In this document: positions 1 through 14,000 of the stretch, piece by piece
How positions within the stretch are numbered: the stretch's first letter is position 1
Layout: each line of letters begins with the position of its first letter
From: Blasia pusilla
Taxonomy: Eukaryota
NCBI GenBank assembly: GCA_050084515.1
Contig: CM114271.1
Location: 48,794,001 to 48,858,000, forward strand
DNA length: 64,000 bases
Direction: 5' to 3'
Made by a program: the position numbers and the translations under genes
The notes under the pieces: generated by a model
What the model was told of the DNA's origin: nothing
Databases searched by the model: none
The model's input: only the letters and a program-made list of their open reading frames with translations

Positions 1-3000
1 TAATTATCGTAGGAACTCCATCCCTACAATCTGATCCTTAATTGCTCCACTCTTGAGCAACTCCACTAGGATTGAGAAGCCTCCTCCTCTTCAAATCCTG
101 TTACATCTGTCGCATTGCACAAATTTCTCAATTTTGAACATCTCACTTTGATTGCACCAATTCTTCTGCCCCTTGTCCTTCCGCATGGTCAGGATTCACT
201 AGCTTGCAATTTTTGCAAACTCCACAGTACCACAATTGTGCTCTACACCACAAATTGAGTCCGACTTTCTCTTCTATTCAAAACCAGTGTGCATCTCATT
301 AGGATATAAAGTTGAATACGAACTATAAACTTTGATGAAATCTCCAATCAACCTTGCGTCATCCAAACAACCATACTCATGATTCTGATACGCACTGCTG
401 TGACAACAAGAGACGGTATACACAAGGATTCCCAAAATTTGTGATCTCCTTATTGATCACTCCAAGCCCACTCTTCAAGAGAGAATCCAGGCTCAATACA
501 TGCATGTCGCAATGTATCATGGATCCCAACAAGGGTCTACAATCCTAAAGAGATGAGCTCCAAATTAGACTCATTCGAGGTATACTCCCCTGGGCGCCTC
601 CATGGGTGACCTGTACACGCAGCTCACCTCCCTCCTAGCAGGTCACTACCAACCTATAGTACACCCATACTAGCTCCCTAACAACTACACATGCGGTCCC
701 CTCATGAGACCAACTACCAACTAACTCATGACCCTATAGGTCCAAGTGGAGCCATACATGGCTGGGAAGGTCAACCTCTCCAAGGTTGCCACTCCTCATA
801 AAGGGAAGGGTGACCTACACTCCTAGATCACCTCCTAAGAGCAGGTCACATATGAACTCTCAAAATAAGGAAGTACAAGACCCCTCTAAGGTCTCGATAC
901 TATTCAGCCCTACGCCTCATCTACCATGATATTTGTCGTATTGTACAACAGTGAGCATAGCAATCCCAAGCCTTTTACCACTCCGTAACTATTTTGGATC
1001 TAGTCTCCTATTCATGCCAGTGATCAAACACACAACAAGGCCCTTTACAAACCCCTACCTGTTGTATCACATATATACTCTCAATCCATGCCAACACAAC
1101 CTTGTTGCCCGTAAATTTGATAATCATCTGCATCTGTTTCAACTTCTTCCATCCACGTGTTTACTAAACTTACAATTTTTACCTATTTGTTTCCACATTT
1201 TCATGGAATATCCATTGTTTTCTCTTTACTACACTTCCAATTTTTATCTATATGTTCCCACCTTTTTAGAACTCGCCCATTTTTTTCTCCGTTTTCAAAG
1301 TTGTTGTACTGCGCTGGTAACTCCTACATTGACTCTATGAAGGGCCGCATTCTTGTTAATTGGCATTGCTCTTGATTGAGATGGCCGCCCGTTATCTGGG
1401 GAGAGTTGAACTAGGGAGCTCTTTGGGAGGACTTTGTATCAATTTGGCCAACCTCTTGTCACCTAGTGCTCGATGGAGAGAGGTTGGTTGGATTGCAATT
1501 CATGTGGCAAATATGGACTTGAGAAGCCTGTGTTTTGTGAAGAGTACAATGAGGCTTGAGCAAAAGGTGTAGTACGCATTATGATGGGCCATACATACAC
1601 TATGCCAAAATAGGAAAATGTTACATTGATGACATTCTCATCTTATGATAACACATGTCAAATTGTGAATCTATTGCCTAATTGGAGGATGCAAATTTTT
1701 TTAGCCATTATGATAGACACATCACTAGATATCTTTCAAAAATATTTGTGATCACGTTAAATAGGGGTTATACAAAGAGGTTGGTAAGGAAAGTGAACTA
1801 TTAAATGCAAATTTGTGCATCTCATAATCCCTTACTAGTTCGATTAAATGGGATAACACATTATGTAGGCCTAATTAACATGACCGAATCTTACACTTTT
1901 CTATCCAAAGCCATACTAGGAAATAGGCTGTTGGAGAACAATTTCATCACGAATAGACGTAGGTGCCGTGAAAGCCAAAAGGCACTCTTTGTGGTAGAAG
2001 AATTCGAGCAATTGGTTCTTCTTCAAATCTTTGAGCATCTATTATGATTGCCTACTCAAGCATCGGACAACACAACCACACATGAGATTTCCCCACGGCA
2101 CAACATACCTTGCATTAGAGGCAAAATGGTTGCAACCCACTAGCGCAAGTACATGCATATCAATTGATGTACATGTGAGGTTAACCATTGTTAAAAAAGA
2201 TTACCCAAGAAATTTTTTTCATTTAATGATGAAAACTAGTGTCCGGATCACAAGTATGGGAATGAAAAAAAAGTTGAATTTATTTATTTTAACTATTTTC
2301 TTATCAACTAAAAAGTTATATAATTTTCTACTCTTTTATACATATCATTTCTCAAATTATTTCGAAAATAATATGTAATTTCCCCTCCAAATTAAACTTG
2401 AAATTAAAAAATGTAATTATATTTGTACCTAATTATTAGAGATTAAATATAAAATTTAAAATAAAATATAGTTAAAATGAGGGAGACCTAAGAAATTTTC
2501 TAAAGGGATTGAATTTAAAAGAATCAAGATTCAATTTTTAGGTTAGTATAAGATAAAATCAAACATAAATTGAGAGAGGTGACAAGTTTCACATATGGCA
2601 GTCCATGGCCGATAACAATATGATATAAATCTTTTGCTAACATAGCAAAATCCAAAAGGAAAAATAGATATCGATGATGTTCACCAAAAAAATACAACCT
2701 TTTCTTTTCGCAAGAAAGTCCATTTTATCTTCATCTTATAGATCTAAGTTGAGGTCCTTCTGATTGCCACTAGTTAAGTTACATTTAACTCTAATATTGC
2801 TAGTAGGTAATAGGTATGCACATCCTATTCATAGGCTCTTACCATTAACTTACTAATGATGTATGTTTCTTCCCTCTCCACTTCTTCAAAGTTGATAGAG
2901 ATGTAATTTACTTCCCCATACATCCGAAATTCACAATTAGATTATTTCAATTGGTTTCTTTTCTTTTGAGCTACAAAAATTGTCCCTTTCAATTATTGTG

Positions 3001-5346
3001 CACTATTAATAAAGAATGTCCATGCCTTCCGCTCTTAAATTTTTAGCAATATTATTTCAAATTATAAATCTGTGCTATCTACTTGTTATGACAAGTGTTG
3101 ACATTTCATCTTTTGATAAATCCAAAACCCGTTTTCTCATAAACAATGTTCATATTATGTCAATAATAATTGAAATAAGAGAAGATTCTGATTATCAACA
3201 AGAACCTCAAATTGATTAGAATTCTCTTCTCAAGTAGGAAAGAGAAAATTTCATGACAAATTTTCAACATTGATTCATTTTCTGCACGATAAAATTTCAT
3301 CATAAAATTTAATAGCTTTGACGACTTTGAGGAATAACAACATTGATTCATTTTCTACATGAAAATTTGAACTTCCTATGTTTTTCTCATTATAAAATTT
3401 AGTAGATTTGAAGACTTTGAGGAATAACTAGATAATTTTCAATACTAGTTTAACATATAATATATAATAGTTCTAAATTAGCGATAATAATTTTATGCAT
3501 TTATATACGTTAAGGGAAAGCATGGATAACTCATGAGTGATCATCATAAAATGGTTGAAAGAATGTATGCAAGACTCAATTTTGGTGTGGTGTGGAGTCT
3601 TGTCCTTTTCTTTTGACAATCAATCTAGGAAGAAAGAAGTGTATATAAAAATAAAACAAAGAGAAAACAACATTTATCATGATAGAGCCATATAGACTTT
3701 ATAGAGTAATCAATAAACATGCACTAGCTTGTGAGAACATACCTCAGATTGGTGTGTCCCTTCATCATGAACATAAGCGATAATCCAACCATCATCCTCA
3801 TCTATAGCATCTTGTTTGGCCACAAACATGGGCTCACTTCCATATCGTTGTGGACCAAGCTCGTGAATTTGAGTCCTTAGGGGGCCCTACAATCAACAAA
3901 GAAAACATATCCTTATAATCACCATTTTTGCTCAATATGACTAGCATCAAGGTGAGAAAAAATAGTTAGACTTTCTTGGATGTATAGATATCCAAAATAT
4001 TTGTACACTTCTATATAAAAAAAAAAATTACAATATCACCCACAACAAATCAAAGAGGCCTATGGGACAAGTATATGGTTATAAAATCTCCTTTGATTGG
4101 TATCATTATCAATATATTTAAGGGATTGGAGGACACCTTCTTGGTTTGTCCATAACCTCAAATGTTTGACATGTCATTTCAGGAGTAAGAAAAGGATCAA
4201 AGAAGAAGAAAATCTTTAGAGAAAACACACACACAAGCATGCCAACAAGCAACCTTATTGAATAGGCCTATTAACTTCATGCAAGACACAATATCCACCC
4301 TAATATCTTTTATAATCAATCTCGGGTTGTGAAGATTGTGTATAAGGACAAATCTACGATTTATGAGATGTTTGACGTACCTTGCCGTCTTCAATGCTTG
4401 AGAAATCAACTTTGAGTATTTTTCCATAATATGGCATGCCTGTCAAAAGGAGATATATTCCAAAGCAGTAATCTTAAGATAATACAGAGATTCAGAATTC
4501 CAAGCTACCCTACCGTTAACTATAAGAAACATGTCCAATATGTGAAAAATGATAAATTAAATACATCTCTAATCAGATAATTAAAAAAATCTCAATCTAA
4601 ACAAGAAGCATGCTAATTCAAATTATTCTTTTTATCTAGTGTCACATATATTCGTATTTTGTAACATAAGGAGGCATATTCTTTTTCTTTAGTAACAACA
4701 ACTAGTTTCCATGCCCTCAAGATGGATAATGAAAACTTTGGATTCATGTCATACAATAAAAATATCAATTTCCTTTCTTGTCTTCTTATTAAATTTCCTC
4801 CCACAACCCCATATTTCCTTTGGAAATGGCCCATCCCATCACCTCAATCCGAGGAAAATATCCTCCTTCCCTTCTCTTTGAAAAAAATTCCCTTCTCCTC
4901 CTTTTATTTTGAGAACGAAAATTTTTGAACTCCCAATAAAAGCGATGTCAAATATCTCACCCTTCTTTGGGTAACCCCCTTACAACAACTTCCTAGTTTC
5001 ATACGTCTCCTTTCTATGGATTTCCTAACTTTATCACTCTTTTTTTTTCAAAAGTTGAGAAAATTTTCCTTTACAAATTTTCGGAGTGGATGGATGTTTT
5101 GGCTATGCTTTTGTTGAAGTCCTAGGTTAGGGTTTCCATCCTTTCCCATGGGAAGGACGTCGCGGCGACCTTCAGGGTTACTGAAGGTCGCCGCGAATTT
5201 TCCCCAAAATTATTGGGGAAAATTGGGGACAACAAAACCAAAAAACCGTAAATAAAACCCGATAACTAAGCGTTCAAACCCAACGTCATGTCTATATGAT
5301 AATTTGAGACTCCCGCGGGCATCACATTTGAGACTGTGATTTGTAC

Positions 5347-8300
5347 CAGATTTCATACTGCGCTCGTAGTCACTGCCGAGGAGATACCCGTACCGATACT
5401 TCCTTCCTGTATAAGCTTCATTGATTCTTGGCATCTCCATGTAACTGTAGTTGTCATCATCCGTTAGGCTCCTCTCGGCCACAGTCCCTGCAGCGCGAAT
5501 TAAAGGGTAGACGTGCATTTAGTGCAGTCAGGGTACGTACTTATATACCAACCTTTGAGTAATAAACCAGTGTGGCGCTTAGAGATAGGGAGAAATTCGT
5601 GGTGAATTGTTAGTGGAATCTAAGGAATAGCGAAAAAAAAAGGCCCTAATCAGTGATTTTGTAATCTTCTGAAGAAATCACATTACCAGTTTCCATGTTG
5701 ATACGCCACTCGTGAATGTAAGTTCGGAGCAAGCCGTCTATGAGAGGATCACATCCCATCTGCGACTGCCCCTGGTCATCACACAAAGTAATTCCACGCC
5801 TGTACCAGTCTACACGGTCGAGGGTCGCATCGCAGTTGAGAAATGAGTTTCTGGATCTCAATCCAAAGATCACTATCTGTGCACACAATCATTGCCGCAC
5901 GAAATCGCACAGTTGTATGCGTCAGTGGGACCTTCAGAGATCGATTAGCAAGCTAAATGGATGCCTAATCCATCGCTTTGTAAGGCACATGGCCTGATAG
6001 TGGGAGACATTTCTGCCAGAAGAATCCTAAGTTGAGTCGATTTCAGAGCTGCAGTCACCTCGTTGGCATCCTCGTAGCTGTTGAAGAAGTGAAACGTAAA
6101 GCCCATTTCCACAGGAAACGAGCGCACGGAGTTACTACCATCACCAAAGCTGCGAGGGATGACCCATAGCCTTGCGAAGCTGTCCTCCTCGAACGCGATG
6201 AGACTGCGCAGAGCTCAAAGCCATCACCACCATGAATGGAAGGAAACATCGAGCTTGAACCGACTGGCAAGCGAAACTTGATCATTCAATGTCAGAGGAC
6301 TACAGCAGCGAACTTCAGCGATTTCACTTTAACCCGTTCAAACTGCGACGCTCTAAGGTCCACATAAAAGAGAATTGTTTCGTTCGTGCGCATTTTACTT
6401 ACCTTTTCCCTTTCTGGATATGGTTGATTTCTATCAGAAGTGGGAAGTCTGGCGCAATAATGAATCTACAAGAGGACACAAAACTGCCATGAGAATCATG
6501 CGCTGGAGTCACAAAACGGCAGTGCCGAAGAACATCAGACTAAGGAAATTGAAAGAGCGTGTTTAATGTGACTCTAGAGGGACCATCGTACTTGAAATTA
6601 CAAAGGTTGCAGTCCTGAGGTAGGCCCAATCTTTGAAAATATACGGAAAACAGAAGTCCTTAGACCAGGAAACTCACACCGATACAAACTATTACAAAAC
6701 AGAGGTATCTGTAGAGATCCATGCTAGGGCTTGCTGGCAGGTGTCAATCAACTGGCAAGCCCAATATTGCTCCAGCGATTCTCTGCGATGATTAAACTTT
6801 GTGTAGTTCTTTGGCACCAACGAGACTCGTCTGCAGCCGCTTATTACTATCTTCCACTTGACATTGCTTGAGAGAGTGCTGTTTTCTGATGCGGCGCTGT
6901 TACCTGATGATTTAAGGTGGTCGATCGAGACTTGGACTGCTATCTTCGACCACCCCACAATCTTTAACACACCAAACTTTACAGTTGAGGAGCCTCAATC
7001 GTACATCGCATATCTTGTCCTTCAGCGGGCAAACGGCGTGAAAATTGAACTAGGAGAAACGATTTCTCAAAGCGGAGGACGAAAAGAGGACTGTGACCAC
7101 CTTTCTGTTATGGCGACGTCGTGCGATAACGTTGTGCGTTCGGTGTCCAAATCGACTTGATGCACCACTCTTTCACCATCCGCTGCGCACAACATATTGT
7201 CAGAATGAGATATCCCATGCCAAATGATTCCAGCGCAGCGCGCTTGTGGTTCTCTGCTCAGTTCTAAGCGAAATTGTGAAAGACCATGAAGTTACTGCTG
7301 AAGTACCTGAGATGGTGCCCACGGAGTAGAAAGGCTTCACACTGTCATATCCTTGTATAATCATCTCGTTGGACCCAGGGTCAATCTGCGAGCAAATTTC
7401 AATCCGTAGGAACAGATTGTCAATGAGTGTTCCGTGTAAGTTTCTCAGGCTCAAATTTTGTGCTCTGGACATTCTTACGTCCTAAGCATTGCAATTGGTG
7501 CCGTTGGTTTCCGAAGGCATGTTATCTGCCTCGAGAAGTGTGTGACTGGTGCAATATCAGCATCTTTGGCATTTATACGTTGAACCTTCATATGACATAC
7601 GAACTAGGGCTCTTCGAGTCATAGATGTAATCCTGACAACCTCTTGGCGAAACTGGTACAGTAGGCATCACAACTTCTCCACCGATTCATGTGCACTACA
7701 TACACCAATTCAGACTCAGAAAAAACTTGGTCTAAGGATGTGCGAAATGAGCATTCTCGGTGCTCGCTTCGGTTAACAGCAGATGCGAGCTAGACCAACT
7801 TTGGGGTGAGCTGTGAATGAGGCCCGGTTCCAGGTTCCAAAACAGTCGTAGACACCCATAGTGCTGAGATCTGAAACATTGATTTCGTATGGCAAACCGT
7901 TCTCAGCAGCGGCAAACACTCGCCCCCCGTGGCAAAAGACTGACGTATTGCAGGTTTGTTTCGATAAAAATCCATGCCGCAACTGTCCACAAAAGTACCA
8001 GACGATTAGAAAGGCCACAAATGTTTGTGCTGAATGTCGTGAGGCGTCGAACGCCGAAACTATTCTCGTCATTTATTTCAGAATTTGCCATCCACTTCTG
8101 AAGAACAACCATCCGATCACGAGGCGGAAATTCGTCTTACTTGGTTGAGTAGTGGATTCATCATTGTAAGAATTGGCGTGGCTTCCATAATGGCCAATAT
8201 TGTGGGCTTCCCCGTCTTCTTTTCAATCAGGTAGCCTTCGGTTTCAACGTACTTATTTCGGTAAAATAGATCGAAGGTCTCCCCACGCTTCTCGAAGTAA

Positions 8301-11027
8301 GTCGCATGAAGCATCCCGTCACCTTCAAACCAGTGGTATTTCGTGATTCCCAAGGGGGACACCATAAACTTTCCGCCGAACACAGGATTTGGTCCTGCAC
8401 ATGTCAACACTTCTCTCTTAATCGCTGTAGAACCAGATTGAAATCGAAAACTTACAACCGATTCCCCGGATCAGGTACCAGAGAGCGCTTCAGTCGACTT
8501 ATAGCTCTTAGACTTAATCGGCTAATACATATAAGATTTCCGGTAGTCGTACTGTCCACAAGTAGGGAGCAAATTCATCGTAGGCAAAGATTGAAATCGA
8601 GCTCTCAAATCTGCAGAAAAATACAGAAAGCTATTCTAATACATGTCCAGTCTACATGTCGAGCTTTTCAAATCTGAAGAAGTCCGTCAGATCGTGGACG
8701 GACCTGTTCTAATGTAGGTGCCCGCTGGAAATTCCTTGGGTATGGCTCCAGAGATCGTGTGCACGCGAACTTTTGCCCCAATTTCCTCAACTGGACCGAA
8801 GTTTTCCTGCCAGTGGGAGGAGCGCTAGCCCGCAAACCTTGAGGACTGAAAGTCATGCTGTACAAAGAGCAAGAACCGGTACCTACCTAATCGACAACGA
8901 GATAGAAGGAAATAAATGAATGCTGTAGTGCAGGCATTGGGAGTCTACTTACTGAGAAGTAGACGTTGACGTATTCTTCCGACGGTTTGTATAGCGCATC
9001 AAAAAGTGCATCGAGAACAAATTGAGACAGAGTGCCAATTGCTCGCTTGATCAGTCCAGGCCGCCGATCCTTCTATACAGCCGAAACAAAGCTTAAAAGT
9101 CAATCGACATAGAAATTTCAGAGTCCTCCAGATTCAGCCAAAACATGGAGATGACACTGCATCAAATCTCAGATTGAAGGATATCAAAGTGTGCCAATAA
9201 TTACTACCACATATGAGAATTGTGAGTCGAAGTCGCTTGGATGAGAAATTGAGAGCACACATGGAGAAGAACGTCTCACACAGATAAATCTTGAGTGCTA
9301 CCTTCTGCTGAACGACTGGGGGATTCCCGTCATGATCACCCGAGAGATTATTGTCCAAAGCCTCAAGCGCTTGTGTCACTGCAAAACGTTGGCCCTCGGG
9401 CATCCTTGGCAGATTCGTATCGCGTTCCTGTTTCCAACCATCCCAACACCAAATTCAACCAATCACAATGCTCACTTTAAAGCGCTGTGGCGTCAATACT
9501 TGAGCTACTCCTAGTTAATGGCCTTCCTTAACCTGTGGTTCGTTTCCGGCCCTCAGCCATTCGTAAACTTCGGCAGCCTGAGTACTACTGAATGCACCGC
9601 CATTACACCGTACCTGATAAGAGTTTCGCCTTGGAATTTTTAGTCTCGGGTTTTCATCCGTCCGAATTTCTGTCAGAATTACCCAAATCTCTCCTAAAGT
9701 TAAAGTTCAAAGATTAAGTAGTACTTCGTGTCTCATGATTTATTCACTGCTGTACATGTACTCATGATTTATTGATTGCGGATCGTTGAACACATTGATC
9801 GACCAGTTCTTAACTACAAAAAAAACGGATTTCGCGTAGTCGTACTGCGTCTGAAATCACTGCTCTCCACAAGTCCAACATCTGCGCTTGCAGGTTTAGG
9901 TCACAATAGGTGACTCATAAAAGATTGATGTCTGAATGGTACAATCTGTGAGCGCGATCCTCCTCCTGTGAACATCTGATAGTATTAAACTGGTTTTATA
10001 ACCTGGATCCATGGTCAACTCCAGTGAGGTAGGTCCAGAGTTCTCCACTTTCCACGAGCCTGAGTGCAAATTTTAAAATGATTGTTTCGGAATCCGTTTT
10101 ATGACTTTCGCTACCCCGTTGTCAGTACTCCTCGGGATCTTCCGATGACTTCAGCCTCAACTCGCTCCCGTTGCACTTAGAAGATTAATACTAAGTCTGT
10201 CAGTCGATGAGTGAGCCACGGCCAAAAGGCCCAGCCTCTCATCTTCAGACCCGAGAAATCGTCGTTTAACGCAGTAGAGGCATCTTGGCGACGTGAACTC
10301 AGAGAAATGTAATTATCTGAGCACGGTTAATGATATCCTTGATCATACCATAACTCGGGGCATCGCATCACAATCCACCAATCTACGGTGAGGTCTCCCC
10401 ATGAGAGATAATGAATAAACGCAAGCTCTTCTAGTATGCATTCCTCTGTTTTAATTTCAGAAACTTAAGTCCAGTTTCAATTTACGGGCATGACTTCTAT
10501 TCACTTATTAATTCATGACACGTCTAATATCAACTCCCAAGAATGCACTAGACGATGGCAAGCTCGGGCTTGATTCAGTGGCATCCTTCATGCTGACTTT
10601 TGTAGAGGACATGGGTCGTAGGTCGTTCCCGCTCTGGCCCGTTCTCCCTGATCACGCTCCGTCTTTGGCAGGTTACATGCTACTTCTTAATCGCAAATGT
10701 GTACAGGATCCGAACATCCAAATCCAAACCACCCGAAGATCTAGAGAGCGAAAGAAAGACAGAAAATCAATTCAAATCCATGTAGAGGCCCGGACCGTAA
10801 CGGTGGGACGGAAATCGCACCGGGGGGAACGCTCGACGCACTAATTGCTTCGACAGTCTGGGACCATTTCTCAGCCGCGTCGTTGCAAATGAAGTTGCGT
10901 AGTTCACGTGCCCTTCGAACTCGGCGTTTGGCAACACGGATGATTCAAGCGCCGGACATGACAGGCGAAATCCTTGGCACACACCAGTCCTGCACAAAAT
11001 CGCATTAGCTCCTATCACTGCGTCCAT
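5347..11027 (-). CDS. Carotenoid cleavage dioxygenase-like (RPE65/CCD superfamily, CCD-like clade) gene, 13 visible exons, C-terminal exons not found
   Basis: Manually spliced GT-AG exons in consistent phase: 11027-10842 (putative transit peptide, least certain), 9613-9533, 9427-9302, 9072-8953, 8806-8704 (ENFGPVEEIG...TYIRTG), 8394-8141 (PNP...WFEGDGMLHA), 7982-7800 (NTSVFCHGG...FTAHPK), 7385-7307, 7182-7101 (SHDVAITE), 6465-6403, 6203-6059 (FHFFNSYE), 5876-5687, 5487-5347 (EMPRINEAYTGRKYRYGY). Three of the four Fe-binding His motifs are seen. Confidence 0.9.
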
Positions 11028-14000
11028 TGCAGCGCAGTGTCACCTCCAAGAACAAGACTAGCTAGTCGCGGCACACGCTCCTTCAAGAGTCTGCTTTTCA
11101 AATTCGTTCTAATGGACCGCGCTGCGCAACTCTCCCCACTCAGGCACGACTGGGAAAGCCTTCATCGTGGGACATAATCCACTCGTGACCTGCTGAATTT
11201 CAAGTCCCGAGTCTTCCTTCCTCAGCTTTGATGTGTAGGACGCTTCATTACGTCATATCCAATAACACATGAGCTCTGGAACGTTGTTTTCCACATGTAA
11301 TGAACTAGGGTGACCCCAAACTAGCCACGGAGTACTACGTTGTATCCCATCCGCGATTACGCCAATCTGTAAAAGTATCAACTTAAGAATCTTGAGAGGA
11401 ATGTGGCTGTGGCTCTCACAAGTGAGAGTCCAATAAGAACTCACTCTTCGGAAGTTGCCGGTAGATTACTTTAAAAAAATCCCCCAAGTGGTAGTATAAG
11501 AATACAATCCCCCTTCCCACGTCTTTAACGTGAGTTAAAGAGGTAGGCCCCTTTTCTTTTCCAGGGCAGGTTGTGCTCTTCACCTACCCCTAAAAAGGAT
11601 TCTTTGAATGAATTCTTTTAATTCTAGATGGGTTTTTCATCTCTTTTTTTATGAGTTTTTTTTTCCACTACAATTCTACTTCACGTTTATGCACGTTTTT
11701 TAATGCACAAATAGGAAAATATTATAAGTCTTGAAATTTTAGGAGAAAAATTAACTCAAAAGAAAATAGAAGAATACATGATAAGTTAAGGAAACATTAG
11801 TGAATCTTTTTTTAGTTCCATAAATTCTTTTTGAAATGGAATTTCCCTAATCCAATAATGGTCAAATTTTTACAATTCCAAAATTTACGGGAATTCAAAT
11901 CTTAGTAAATTTTAATTTGGATGAATTTTTCAAAAATTGAACCCCCTAATTTTTTGAGAAGTACATTTTTAGATGAAATAGAAAATTATTTCAATAAATA
12001 AATGAGATTAACCTTTCCTCTTAAATGGCCTGAAATAAAAATTTTAAATATCCCTTCCCTTCTCTTACACCTTTAATTACTCGGATGAGATGATTGGGAA
12101 TGAAAAAACTCACACATGGAGGATGATAATGTCAAATTAGAGGACACACCATGAATAAAGTTTTTTCTTAAATAAAAAAAACTCATTTTTTAAGGATATA
12201 TCTAACTTGGCTCAAGAAAAAAATCATATTTTTTCTTTTATTAATTTTGAAAAAAATAATTTATCCATTTTCCAATCCCCGTATTTCAATAAATAAAATA
12301 AATCCTTTTTTTTTTTTTTTCCCTAAAGTGAGACTAAATTTTCCCCCAATCTAACTTGAAAGTTAAAAATAATAAAGAAATAATATTTCTTCCTTTATTT
12401 TGAAGAATATTTCTTGCCCCATTAGTGTCCTATTATCCTTTTCATTTTTTCCCAAAAGAAAATTTAATTTCCCGTCAAGACTAAACTTTAAATTTCGTTT
12501 GCATAAACCTTGAAAAACTAATTTTAAATTTTCAAATGAGAAAATATTTTTAAAAATGAAAGAGACTCTAAAAGATTTCATCGGGCAAGATGGTTGAATT
12601 TGAGTTAATTATAAATAATTAATTCTTATGAAAACCTTACCCATTCTTGTTTTCTACTTAGTATAAGCTAAAATTTAAAAACTCATTAATTCATTGACAA
12701 ATTTCATAGGGTTCTTCAAAGTTTCTCAATTAGTAAAAAAATTAACTTATTTTGATCCAAATTTTTTCTCAAAATATTCTTAAAAAATTCCTCAAAATTA
12801 AAGCTTTAAAAGGATATTAAATGACATATGTCTAAAGTAATAAGTAATTTCCCTTCCAAAATTAACTTGAAATTCAAAAAAAATTCCTAAATTTAGAAAT
12901 AAAATATTTAATTTCTAAATTTAAAAAATGAGAAAGAGGTAAATATTTTTGGGATTATATTTTTTAATCTTTATCTATAAAAAATTATTTAAAAACCTCT
13001 TTTCTATTCAAATCTTAGCTTAGTATAGGGAAAATTAAAGAATATCTTATAAGCTTCACATAGCTTCTTAGCCAAGGCTAACGCCCTTAATAGTATGATT
13101 TCCTTTTAATTTAACCACATCCCTCACCACCTTGAATTCTTTTTTTCCTTCAATTCAAGGGACACATCTTACATACTTGTCCTAAAAGTCATGTGTCCCC
13201 GAGGAGGCTCCTTGTGTAAGTCTATCCCTTATAATGGTATATATTTTGGCTTCATGGACATTAAATAATTTGCATTGTGATTCTTATTTGTTCTAGTAAT
13301 AATCATATGAGAAAAATTGGATATTTTTGGTAGGGTATTTTCCAACAATCAAAATTTCACATGAAAATGTGAAATATATGAAAAAAAGGGAGAATTACAA
13401 TTTTACAATATGAATCCATGAATTAGCCATTAAATTCAATTGAGTTTAGCAAGAAGAAAACACACAAAATTAGTGAAGAGATATTTCCAATTGAACATCA
13501 ATGATAATTATATTCTAACTTTGCATTGAAAAAATAATGCATACGTTTTCCTTCATCAATTTGAATAAAAAAAAGTTGTTCTCTCACTTTTCAAACACTA
13601 TCTCTCAATTAAGAACAAAAAATCACTCTTGCCTAAATCTTGAAAGACTTTGTTCTTTTTCTCCTTCCCCATCTTTCCTCAAAATATTTTATACTTATCC
13701 CTTAGAACCAAAGTTTAACTTCAATTATTTCTATATATTGCTTGTTTCTTCTTTCTCAAATATACAGAATTTGAAGTTTTAGAAAGGAAAAAGAGAAGCA
13801 ATATGAGGGAGGACTAGGAACATCACGTGAAGTTGGAAAAAAATTCAAAAAATAAAATTTTTTTTAAATAAAAACTCAAAAAAAACAAAGAAGATGATCC
13901 GTTCTATGTTTAGATAAAATTAGGTTTAAATAAAAATAAACCTGTTTGAATATGTTTACACACTAGAGTTATCGGAGGAGCTCAAGATCCATCCGATCTT

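Noticed and set aside
1-930. LTR/PBS/gag remnant
   Set aside because: Looks retroelement-derived, but no diagnostic motif or paired boundary could be verified.
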